Positions 1 through 8,405 of a stretch of 64,000 nucleotides of DNA are shown here, in pieces. How positions within the stretch are numbered: position 1 is the stretch's first letter; each line of letters opens with the position of its first letter. The DNA is from Crocinitomicaceae bacterium (GTDB lineage Bacteria; Bacteroidota; Bacteroidia; Flavobacteriales_D; Crocinitomicaceae). The stretch is from positions 67,046 to 131,045 of the forward strand of contig JAHENC010000004.1 of NCBI GenBank assembly GCA_024643365.1, in the 5' to 3' direction. The notes below the pieces were generated by a model. It saw only the letters and a list, made by a program, of their open reading frames with translations, ran no database searches and was not told where the DNA came from. The translations under genes were made by a program, and so were the position numbers.

Positions 1-108
1 TACGAGCAATACATCATCACAAATGATGCACTCATCCCAACCTTGATTGTAAACCCAATCCAAATTGGAAATGAGCATGGAAACATGTTCTCAATTTAAT
101 CTACTTTT

Positions 109-1116
109 ATGTCGAGATTGATCACGCTGCACGAGTTTATCGTGACGAATCAAAGTCACTTTCCCTATGCTACCGGTGAACTTTCAAGATTACTAAACGA
201 TATTGTTCTCGCTTCTAAAATAGTGAGTAATGATGTTCGTAAAGCAGGACTTGTTGAACATATTTTGGGTGCCCAAGGTGGACAAAATGTTCAAGGTGAA
301 GAACAACAAAAATTAGACGTAGTTGCAGACGAAGCCTTCATTCGAGCTTTTGCTAATGGGGGAGAAGTATGCGGGATCGCTTCCGAAGAAAACGATGATT
401 TCCTCGCTTTTGAATCTGAGAATTCAAAAAACGGAAAATATGTTGTGTTGTTTGATCCACTTGATGGCTCAAGTAACATCGATGTGAATGTCTCAATTGG
501 AACTATTTTTTCAATTTACCGACGTATTTCCCCACAAGGAACATCCGCGACACTTGAGGATATGTTGCAGCCAGGTACAGCACAAGTAGCTTCTGGTTAT
601 GTGCTTTACGGCTCTTCAACAATTCTTGTGTACACAACCGGTAACGGTGTGAATGGATTTACACTCGATCCAAGTATTGGTGAGTTCTTCCTTTCGCATC
701 CTGACATGAAAATGCCTGAAAATGGCCGCATTTATGCCGTGAATGAAGGAAATCTAAACGATTTCGAACCTGGATTAAAAGCTTATGTTAGCTATTGTCA
801 AAGTCACGAAAATCAAACAGGTAAGCCTTATTCTGGACGATACATCGGTTCTCTTGTGGCAGATTTTCACCGACATATGATCAAAGGTGGAATTTATATC
901 TATCCAGCGGTTCCTTCTGCTCCAGAAGGAAGATTACGCTTGTTATATGAATGTAATCCCTTGGCGTTTATAGCTGAACAAGCCGGTGGACTAGCAACAA
1001 CAGGTGCGCAACGCATCATGGAAATTCAACCAAGTAAATTGCACCAACGAATTCCGTATTACGTAGGATCGAAATTAATGGTGGAAAAGGCGATGGATCT
1101 TTTAGCCAAAAACTAA
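109..1116 (+). CDS. fbp: Fructose-1,6-bisphosphatase, class 1
   Basis: 335-aa ORF with ATG start. The translation shows class-1 FBPase hallmarks: the [10 protein letters not shown] metal-binding motif, [24 protein letters not shown] and [19 protein letters not shown]. Confidence 0.92.
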   Translation: MSRLITLHEFIVTNQSHFPYATGELSRLLNDIVLASKIVSNDVRKAGLVEHILGAQGGQNVQGEEQQKLDVVADEAFIRAFANGGEVCGIASEENDDFLAFESENSKNGKYVVLFDPLDGSSNIDVNVSIGTIFSIYRRISPQGTSATLEDMLQPGTAQVASGYVLYGSSTILVYTTGNGVNGFTLDPSIGEFFLSHPDMKMPENGRIYAVNEGNLNDFEPGLKAYVSYCQSHENQTGKPYSGRYIGSLVADFHRHMIKGGIYIYPAVPSAPEGRLRLLYECNPLAFIAEQAGGLATTGAQRIMEIQPSKLHQRIPYYVGSKLMVEKAMDLLAKN

Positions 1117-1121
1117 CGAAC

Positions 1122-1895
1122 TTATCTCGCGTTAAGTTTTAAGGTATAATCTGCTTGAACAAGTGGAGAGCCCGGATCTTTGTTAAAACGAACTTGCTGT
1201 TTCACTAGTCGAATCACATCGTTAATGATGGTTTGATTCGTACACGTTGTAACGGATTTAATACTTCGGCAATCTGTCACAATTCCTTCCGCATTAATGG
1301 TCAATTTTAATCCTACACGGCAATCAACGTCGATGTCGTATTGTGGTGTACTTACATTGTTTAAACGCACACGCGCTTTTCCGCTGCCTGAACCTTTTCC
1401 AGGCCCAGTACCGTCTTCTGGCCCACTTCCAGAACCTCCAAATGGACCATTTCCAGAACCGGTTCCACCTCCGCTTCCGCCGGTACCAAAGTAATTTGTT
1501 CCTCTAACCGTCGTAGATGTTGGATTGGTTGAGTTGTCTGAATTGTGATTATTCGATTGTCCACTAGTCGTAGTGAAATCACTCGAATGACTCGTTGCTA
1601 TGCGTTCCGTTTGATCTTGCGGTTGATCAATAGGTGCATCTGTTGAGGTACCCCCGCCACGACTTCCACCATCATCTGAAATGAGTTCCACATGTTCCAT
1701 TTCAAACAATTCAATGACTTCATCGGATTTTAGTGGTGGAACATCCTCTGGAATAGCAGGAAGAATGTTGAATTGTGTAAACACCAGTAAAATGAAAAGG
1801 AGCAACAAGGAAATAGATGTGTAAACCAAGGATCGCTTGACTTCACTTCTAGATTCCATGTAATCTTTTTCAAATATGTCGATATATGCACTCAT
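1122..1895 (-). CDS. TonB-family energy transducer-like protein with Gly-rich linker
   Basis: 257-aa ORF directly downstream of exbB-exbD on the same strand. It has one N-terminal TM helix (LVYTSISLLLLFILLVF), a long Gly/Ser/Thr/Asn-rich low-complexity linker, and a ~80-aa C-terminal region compatible with a TonB C-terminal domain. The call rests on operon context and architecture, not on a strong motif. Confidence 0.55.
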   Translation of the reverse strand: MSAYIDIFEKDYMESRSEVKRSLVYTSISLLLLFILLVFTQFNILPAIPEDVPPLKSDEVIELFEMEHVELISDDGGSRGGGTSTDAPIDQPQDQTERIATSHSSDFTTTSGQSNNHNSDNSTNPTSTTVRGTNYFGTGGSGGGTGSGNGPFGGSGSGPEDGTGPGKGSGSGKARVRLNNVSTPQYDIDVDCRVGLKLTINAEGIVTDCRSIKSVTTCTNQTIINDVIRLVKQQVRFNKDPGSPLVQADYTLKLNAR

Positions 1896-1936
1896 CTTAA
1901 TCTCTCTTTGCGTTTAAACGAAATGGTTTCGTAAAT

Positions 1937-2350
1937 CTAACTATGTTCTTTCGTGGCAATAATCATTTTCAATTGATTCACCATTCCGATTTCTAATAAG
2001 TCAACCAACTCTTGTACCTTGGAATCAAAAGGAATACGCAACACGACCGTGCTATCGCCTTTCTTTTTTGTTTCTTCGACAAGAACAGGGCCGATTTGAT
2101 CGTACGGCACCTCTTTGTTATCCACACTGTATCTTTTTGCGTTCGTCACGGGATCGATTTCCACCGATAAGGCCACATGCGCTTTGTTCGTTTTTTCATT
2201 ATTCTTTGCTTGTGGAAGCGGGACCTTAATCACATTCGGATTCGCAAGCGTAGAAATAATCAAAAAGAACAACAACAAGAAGAACATGATGTCGCTCAAT
2301 GCAGAAGTAGCTACCTCCGCATGGAACCTTCTATTACGCTTTATTGCCAT
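1937..2350 (-). CDS. exbD: Biopolymer transport protein ExbD/TolR
   Basis: 137 aa. A basic N-terminus is followed by a single TM helix (LSDIMFFLLLFFLIISTL) and a periplasmic domain, typical of ExbD/TolR. It overlaps the exbB stop by 17 nt. Confidence 0.85.
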   Translation of the reverse strand: MAIKRNRRFHAEVATSALSDIMFFLLLFFLIISTLANPNVIKVPLPQAKNNEKTNKAHVALSVEIDPVTNAKRYSVDNKEVPYDQIGPVLVEETKKKGDSTVVLRIPFDSKVQELVDLLEIGMVNQLKMIIATKEHS

Positions 2351-3086
2351 CGCTAGGTCGATTCAATTTGATGAATTCTAAGTTAACTCGTTGGATTGCT
2401 AACGCATAGTTATCAATCATTCCATTTAATAAGTGGTAAGCCGTGAAAGCAATAATACCTACAACCAATCCAGATCCAGAAGAAATCATTTTTTCATATA
2501 ATCCCCCAGAGATATTCCCGATGGAAACATTTTCAGTTACGGAGATACTATAGAAAATTTTAATTACCCCAGAAATGGTACCGATAAATCCTAATGTCGG
2601 TGCAATACCAGCTATAAGTCCCAAATGGCCAATGTTTTTCTCCATTTTTCCAATTTCGATATTTGCTACTTTCTCCATGTTTGACTCAATCTGTGGAATC
2701 GGTCTACCCATCGATTGTACTCCTTCACGAACGACATTTCCGAATGCGGTGTGGTCATGTGACAAAGTATCCATCGCTCCTTGGATGTTTGCGTTTTGCA
2801 AGTTGTTTTTAATTTCAGACAACATATGTTTGTTGTGCTTTGTCATGCGTTTAATGTATAAATAACGCTCGACTGCTACGTATGAAGTGTAAAACAATAG
2901 AATTGCGATAGGAATTAAGAAGAATCCACCTTTCATTAAGAACTCAAGAGCAGAAATTTCTTCTACAATTTTACCCGTTTCTTCCGCTGCGGTTGTAGCA
3001 ACTGGTGCTGCTTGATCCTGAGCGTACATAAATCCTGTCGAGATCAACGATGAGATCACAAATAGATATTTCAATTGTTTTTTCAT
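2334..3086 (-). CDS. exbB: MotA/TolQ/ExbB proton-channel protein
   Basis: 250 aa. An N-terminal signal-like helix is followed by the MotA/TolQ/ExbB core (LIAGIAPTLGFIGTISGVIKIF, SGGLYEKMISSGSGLVVGIIA). It is the first gene of the exbB-exbD-tonB-like operon. Confidence 0.85.
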   Translation of the reverse strand: MKKQLKYLFVISSLISTGFMYAQDQAAPVATTAAEETGKIVEEISALEFLMKGGFFLIPIAILLFYTSYVAVERYLYIKRMTKHNKHMLSEIKNNLQNANIQGAMDTLSHDHTAFGNVVREGVQSMGRPIPQIESNMEKVANIEIGKMEKNIGHLGLIAGIAPTLGFIGTISGVIKIFYSISVTENVSIGNISGGLYEKMISSGSGLVVGIIAFTAYHLLNGMIDNYALAIQRVNLEFIKLNRPSDGNKA

Positions 3087-3345
3087 ATTGTTTATTAGTT
3101 TTCGTCGGATAAAAGTAAAAAATGAATACAGGTTAAAATGAAAAGGCCCTATTAGATATTCACATCAAATTGTTATTTCACTTTCCGTATACAACCACAA
3201 CGTAATTGCGTTCATTTGGGTACATGTTATTCAATTTTCTTGTTTCAACCATTCATGTCGGTTTTTATGCGCTTTAAACTTTCAAAAATATCCCTGACAT
3301 TTCTACGTGAGCAATCAAATAAGATTGATTAATTTCGCGCTATTC

Positions 3346-6300
3346 ATGGACCAAGCACAACTCCTGAAATCCATTGCCAAACTGAGGCAAATCGACGAAA
3401 CGGCTTCTCTATTAAGCCAGGGGAACGTGCGCGTCCAATGGAAAGGACTTGTTGGGTCAGCTAAGTCGTTGACTTCCATTTGTGTAGCGCAACAAGTTCC
3501 TGGGAATCATCTTTTTATTCTTGAGGATAAAGAGGAAGCCGCTTATTTTTTAAATGATTTAGAAGGACTTTTCCCCGAAGATAAACGTGTATTATTTTTC
3601 CCTGCTTCTTACCGAGTACCTTATCAACTAGAAGAAACGGATAATGCCAATGTTGTCACGCGTGCTGAAGTGCTTGAACGAATTTCTGGCGGAGCAAACG
3701 CTTGGATTGTTACCTATCCAGAAGCTTTGTTTGAAAAGGTTCCCACTCAAAAAAACCTAGTTAAGAATACGCTCAGGGTAGAGCTCGGGAAAAATTATAG
3801 CATTGATTTCATTAATGAATTGTTATTGGAGTATCAATTCGAACGCGTAGACTTTGTGTATGAACCCGGACAATTTTCAATTCGTGGTGGTATAGTTGAT
3901 GTGTTTTCTTATGCAAATGATTTCCCTTTTCGAATAGAGTTCTTTGGTGAAGAAGTGGAATCGATTCGGACTTTTGATGCTGCTACCCAATTGTCCATCA
4001 ATACACATGCATTTTTTAATGTAATCCCAAATATTCAGGGACAATTGAGCATTGAATCTCAAGAAGACATCTTTACTTTTCTCGGACAAGACCTAAGTTG
4101 TTGGATTAGTTCATATGAACGAATGGAAAGTATTCTAAGAAAAGAGTACGATCGTTCGGTGGAGATATACAGCAATTTAAATGAAACTGTTCGTCACACT
4201 TTGCCGAGTTCCTTGTACTTATCGTCCGTTGAACTTCAAAAAAGCTTAGACCGAATTAAAATAGTTGAATGGGGACCAGTTTTTCATTATAAAACGACAA
4301 GCACCTTCGAATTTGACTTCATTCCACAGCCGAATTTCAATAAGAATTTCGAATTGCTTAAAACAGATTTGCTTGCACGACAATCCAATCGTTTTGAGAA
4401 CTTGATTTTTTCCAATCAACCTAGGCAAATCGAACGCCTTTACCAGATTTTTGAAGATATCGATGCAGAAGTGAGTTTTACAGCCATCAATTTTGCACTG
4501 CATGAAGGATTTATCTCTCCAGAGTTAAAATTGGTTTGTTACACGGATCATCAAATCTTTGAGCGTTATCACCGTTTCAGACTAAAAGAAGGATTTAGAC
4601 AAGCGAAACAAGCACTTACCTTAAAAGAAATTTACAACCTCCAAAAAGGAGATTACGTAACACATATAGATCATGGTGTAGGACAGTTTTCAGGATTGGA
4701 AACAATTGATGTAAATGGAAAACCTCAGGAAGCAATTCGTCTTATTTACAAAGACGGCGATGTGCTTTATGTCGGTATCCACTCTTTACACCGAATTTCT
4801 AAGTTCACCGGAAAGGATGGCTCCATTCCAAAAATGAATAAGCTTGGAACGCAAGCGTGGGCTACCTTAAAGAACAAAACGAAAAAGAAAATCAAAGAAC
4901 TTGCCTTTGATTTAATTAAATTATACGCTACAAGAAGGAGTCAGCCCGGATTTGCTTTTGCTCCGGATAGTTATATGCAGAATGAACTAGAAGCTTCCTT
5001 CATGTTCGAAGACACACCAGATCAATATAAGGCAACTCAAGATATCAAGCGCGACATGGAAGCCTCAACTCCAATGGACCGTTTAATATGTGGAGATGTT
5101 GGTTTCGGTAAAACAGAAGTAGCTATTCGTGCAGCTTTCAAAGCCGTTACTGATTCAAAACAAGTCGCAGTCTTAGTTCCTACGACGATCTTGTCGATGC
5201 AACATTACCGCAGCTTTAAGGAACGACTTTCAGCGTTTCCATGTACTGTGGATTACATTAATCGCTTTAAATCAGCAAAAGATGTGACGGAGACATTGAA
5301 GAAACTTGCAGAAGGAAAAATCGACATCCTCATCGGAACACATGCAGTTGTCGCTGACCGAGTGAAATTCAAAGATTTGGGACTCATGATCATCGATGAA
5401 GAACAGAAGTTTGGCGTTTCGGTGAAGGACAAATTAAAAACCATTCGCGCAACTGTTGACACCTTGACCTTAACCGCAACACCGATACCAAGAACCTTGC
5501 AGTTTTCACTCATGGGTGCTCGAGATTTGAGTATCATCAATACACCGCCACCAAACCGACAACCAGTACTGACCGAGATTGTGACCTTTCAAGAAGAAAC
5601 AATCAGAGATGCTATTGCCTATGAGGTTTCTCGTGGCGGACAAGTATTTTTTGTCAATAATCGCTTGTCGAATATTCGTGAAATTGCTGGAATGATTACT
5701 AGATTGTGTCCAGGTGTACGTGTCGGAATTGGTCACGGACAAATGGATGGTAAGCAACTCGAAAAGATCATGATGGATTTCATCGAAGGAAAATACGATG
5801 TCCTTCTTGCCACGACGATCATTGAATCAGGGATTGATATTTCGAATGCCAACACGATTATCATCAATGATGCAAATAAATTTGGATTGAGTGATTTACA
5901 CCAATTGCGCGGCAGGGTAGGTAGATCGAATAAAAAGGGATTCTGTTACTTGATTGCCCCTAAATATAGTGTGCTTACCAGCGAAGCGAGAAAACGCTTA
6001 GAGGCATTGGTGCAATTCTCCGATTTGGGGTCAGGCTTCAACATTGCCATGAAGGATTTAGACATTCGAGGCGCTGGGAATATGCTAGGTGGAGAACAAA
6101 GTGGATTTATCTCGGAAATCGGCTTCGAGATGTACCAGAAAATCCTCAATGAAGCCATGAAGGAATTGAAGGAAAGTGAATTCAAAGAATTATTTGATGA
6201 CCGAAATACAGATCAATTCATGACATCCTACGTTCAAGACTGTATTTTCGAAACAGACATGGAAGTTCGTATTCCAGATGACTATGTGAATAATGTCGCC

Positions 6301-6693
6301 GAACGCCTAAGCTTATATCAAGCGCTTGACAGTTTGAAAAATAAAATGGAATTAGATCAGTTCTCAAAAGAACTCGTCGATCGATTTGGACCGCTGCCGA
6401 AAGCAGTAAAAGAACTGCTGTTTTCCTTTGAATTGCGTTGGTTGGCAGAAGAATTAGGTTTGGAAAGATTAGTAATTAAATCTGAAAAATTAGTAGGATA
6501 CTTCATCGCTAATCCTCAGTCAACCTTCTTTGAAACGGAAGCGTTTACATACACGCTCAATGCCATCATGAAACATCAGAGCGGCTATAGACTTGTTCAG
6601 CAAAATGACAAACTGCGCTTGGTAATTGAGCCCATCCGACACATCAAAGATGCCTTCGAGAAATTAAGTGCTTTGCAACTTCCTCAAGATTAA
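3346..6693 (+). CDS. mfd: Transcription-repair coupling factor Mfd
   Basis: About 1115 aa. It carries the superfamily-2 helicase motifs GDVGFGKTEVAIRAAF, DEEQKFGV, TATPIPRTL and QLRGRVGRS, plus an N-terminal UvrB-like region and a C-terminal TRCF domain. The ORF track starts at GTG 3307. I prefer ATG 3346 (MDQAQLL...), which puts the GLVGS motif at the usual distance from the N-terminus; the start is uncertain. Confidence 0.9.
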   Translation: MDQAQLLKSIAKLRQIDETASLLSQGNVRVQWKGLVGSAKSLTSICVAQQVPGNHLFILEDKEEAAYFLNDLEGLFPEDKRVLFFPASYRVPYQLEETDNANVVTRAEVLERISGGANAWIVTYPEALFEKVPTQKNLVKNTLRVELGKNYSIDFINELLLEYQFERVDFVYEPGQFSIRGGIVDVFSYANDFPFRIEFFGEEVESIRTFDAATQLSINTHAFFNVIPNIQGQLSIESQEDIFTFLGQDLSCWISSYERMESILRKEYDRSVEIYSNLNETVRHTLPSSLYLSSVELQKSLDRIKIVEWGPVFHYKTTSTFEFDFIPQPNFNKNFELLKTDLLARQSNRFENLIFSNQPRQIERLYQIFEDIDAEVSFTAINFALHEGFISPELKLVCYTDHQIFERYHRFRLKEGFRQAKQALTLKEIYNLQKGDYVTHIDHGVGQFSGLETIDVNGKPQEAIRLIYKDGDVLYVGIHSLHRISKFTGKDGSIPKMNKLGTQAWATLKNKTKKKIKELAFDLIKLYATRRSQPGFAFAPDSYMQNELEASFMFEDTPDQYKATQDIKRDMEASTPMDRLICGDVGFGKTEVAIRAAFKAVTDSKQVAVLVPTTILSMQHYRSFKERLSAFPCTVDYINRFKSAKDVTETLKKLAEGKIDILIGTHAVVADRVKFKDLGLMIIDEEQKFGVSVKDKLKTIRATVDTLTLTATPIPRTLQFSLMGARDLSIINTPPPNRQPVLTEIVTFQEETIRDAIAYEVSRGGQVFFVNNRLSNIREIAGMITRLCPGVRVGIGHGQMDGKQLEKIMMDFIEGKYDVLLATTIIESGIDISNANTIIINDANKFGLSDLHQLRGRVGRSNKKGFCYLIAPKYSVLTSEARKRLEALVQFSDLGSGFNIAMKDLDIRGAGNMLGGEQSGFISEIGFEMYQKILNEAMKELKESEFKELFDDRNTDQFMTSYVQDCIFETDMEVRIPDDYVNNVAERLSLYQALDSLKNKMELDQFSKELVDRFGPLPKAVKELLFSFELRWLAEELGLERLVIKSEKLVGYFIANPQSTFFETEAFTYTLNAIMKHQSGYRLVQQNDKLRLVIEPIRHIKDAFEKLSALQLPQD

Positions 6694-6791
6694 TATCAAG
6701 AATTATCAATCTGTTAACCTACGTCAAGAGAAAGTTCATGATAATATATGAACTTTGTCCTCAGTTAATTGTTTTACAAAAAATTTAAAAT

Positions 6792-7361
6792 ATGAAAAAA
6801 GTAGTTTTATCGTTATTTGCAGCATTTGCATTGTTTTCGTTTACAGCATTAGAAGTAGCTAACTGGTCATTAGACGGAGCACATTCTCGCTTAGGATTTA
6901 CCATTACTCACATGGGAATCACAAATATCAGTGGTCAGTTTTCGAACTTTGACGTGAAAATTAGTACACCAAATGAAGATTTCGTTGGAGCTTCAATTGA
7001 AATGACAGCTCAGTCAAACTCTGTGAATACAGGTCTTGAAATGCGTGATAATCACTTGAAAACAGCAGATTTCTTTGATGTAGAAAAATTCCCAACACTT
7101 ACGTTTAAAAGTACATCCGTGAAAAAAGCAAAAGGAAATAACTATACAATCGTTGGTGATTTTACAATGCACGGTGTAACGAAAGCGGTTACGCTTGTAG
7201 GTACTCATACAGGGTCAGCTAAAAACAGAGCTGGTAATGATGTTGCTGGTTTACAAATTACAGGTGTTGTGAAACGTTCAGATTTCGGAGTAGGTCAAGC
7301 TGGTCCTGGTTTATCAGACGAGGTGAACTTAATTGCAGATTTAGAGGTTTCTAAAAACTAA
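6792..7361 (+). CDS. YceI-family polyisoprenoid-binding protein (secreted)
   Basis: 189 aa with a signal peptide. YceI-like signatures are present: W.LD..HS.LGF...HMGI, MRDNHLKTADFFDVEKFPTLTFKST and GDFTMHGVTKAVTL. Confidence 0.85.
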   Translation: MKKVVLSLFAAFALFSFTALEVANWSLDGAHSRLGFTITHMGITNISGQFSNFDVKISTPNEDFVGASIEMTAQSNSVNTGLEMRDNHLKTADFFDVEKFPTLTFKSTSVKKAKGNNYTIVGDFTMHGVTKAVTLVGTHTGSAKNRAGNDVAGLQITGVVKRSDFGVGQAGPGLSDEVNLIADLEVSKN

Positions 7362-7380
7362 TTTTAATTTACTTCCACAG

Positions 7381-7899
7381 ATGAAAACGTTTAGTTTCTT
7401 GTTGGTTTTATTCATTTCTCTAACATCTTATTGTCAGGGTTGGAAAATATTGGAGTCACACAATGTTGCATTTTCCAACAAAGATGTGAGTGGTACGTTT
7501 GATGATATCAGCGGTACAATCGTCTTTGATCCGGCAAATTTAACGTCGGCTAAATTGAACTTCAAGTTGAAGGTAGAATCGATTAATACTGGAAATGGTT
7601 TGCAAAACAAACATGCACGTGGAGACGAATGGTTTCACGCTGAAAAGTATCCCTACATTGAATTTGAATCCACTAAGATTGAAAAGACCGAAGCTGGTTT
7701 CAAAGCCATTGGGAAATTAGAAATGCATGGAGTAAAAAAAGAGGTGACGATTCCCTTTACGTTTTCTAAAAAAGGAAACAAAGGAACCTTCATCGCTAAA
7801 TTTAACGTGAGCAGATCAGAATATAACGTTGGAAAAAAGGGAAATGATGTTGCGGATATTCTAAAAATAACAGCAACTTTACCTGTTCAGAAAAAATAA
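7381..7899 (+). CDS. YceI-family protein, second tandem paralog
   Basis: 172 aa with a signal peptide. It shows HARGDEWFHAEKYPYIEFESTKI and GKLEMHGVKKEVTIPF, parallel to the upstream YceI gene. The gap between the two is 19 nt. Confidence 0.8.
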   Translation: MKTFSFLLVLFISLTSYCQGWKILESHNVAFSNKDVSGTFDDISGTIVFDPANLTSAKLNFKLKVESINTGNGLQNKHARGDEWFHAEKYPYIEFESTKIEKTEAGFKAIGKLEMHGVKKEVTIPFTFSKKGNKGTFIAKFNVSRSEYNVGKKGNDVADILKITATLPVQKK

Positions 7900-7905
7900 T
7901 AAGTT

Positions 7906-8298
7906 ATGATAAAAAAAATCATCTTTGCTCTTAGCTCAGGTTTGTTGGCTGGAGTAGTATCTTACCTTTATGGTGACATGATTCAAACTCAATTGGTGGA
8001 GGATTATTCCAAAGATGTTCCGACCATGGCTATTTTTGTTTCATGTATAATCGGAACAAGTTTAGCAACAATCGGACACTGGTTATTCACCAAGTTCATA
8101 CCTAAATTCGGCGAACTCATTTTCGCAGTATTATTCGCTGGACTTACAACAGCAAGTTTGATAGGGGTACTTGGTTTTGTCTTCAAAGGGGAAACAACGG
8201 AAGCTCATCAATATATCTTTTATTGCTATGCAATGCCGATGCATTTCTTCCCGTTTTTGGCATGGTATTCGCTAAAATCGTTGTTTGAAACGAAGTAA
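7906..8298 (+). CDS. Hypothetical small integral membrane protein (about 4 TM helices)
   Basis: 130 aa, strongly hydrophobic with four helix-length segments. It starts 6 nt after the second yceI-like gene and is followed by a hairpin terminator. I recognise no family motif. Confidence 0.5.
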   Translation: MIKKIIFALSSGLLAGVVSYLYGDMIQTQLVEDYSKDVPTMAIFVSCIIGTSLATIGHWLFTKFIPKFGELIFAVLFAGLTTASLIGVLGFVFKGETTEAHQYIFYCYAMPMHFFPFLAWYSLKSLFETK

Positions 8299-8316
8299 TG
8301 AAATCTATGATTTTGA

Positions 8317-8345
8317 AAAGGATGCTTCGGCATCCTTTTTTTTTG
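8317..8345 (+). terminator. Rho-independent terminator (UUCG tetraloop hairpin plus T-run)
   Basis: The sequence aaaGGATGC-ttcg-GCATCCttttttttt lies 19 nt after the stop of the 7906..8298 gene. Confidence 0.65.
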
Positions 8346-8405
8346 AAAAATATTACCGTTTTTTCACAACGATTTCTTCATTTAGTCGTTTAACCTTTGG
8401 CAACA

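Noticed and set aside
1-86. Open reading frames on the minus strand running off the left edge. One starts at ATG 86..84 (MFPCSFPIWIGF...) and another at ATG 78..76 (MLISNLDWVYNQGWDECIICDD...). Either could be the 5' end of a gene divergent from fbp.
   Set aside because: Only 26-28 codons are visible and two frames are open. No motif can be recognised, so no call is possible from this window.
1297-1494. A 65-aa plus-strand ORF encoding a strikingly proline-rich peptide (…PLPEPFPGPVPSSGPLPEPPNGPFPEPVPPPLPPVPK), which superficially resembles a TonB linker.
   Set aside because: It is the antisense mirror of the Gly-rich (GGN codon) linker of the minus-strand TonB-like gene, since CCN is the complement of GGN. 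It has no independent start context and lies fully inside a better-supported CDS.
3087-3306. The 220-nt divergent spacer between exbB and mfd, the longest intergenic region, inspected for a riboswitch, sRNA or small ORF.
   Set aside because: I could find no convincing stem-loops, conserved riboswitch cores, perfect -7 boxes or ORFs by eye. It is probably just two divergent promoters. A covariance-model scan would be needed to say more.
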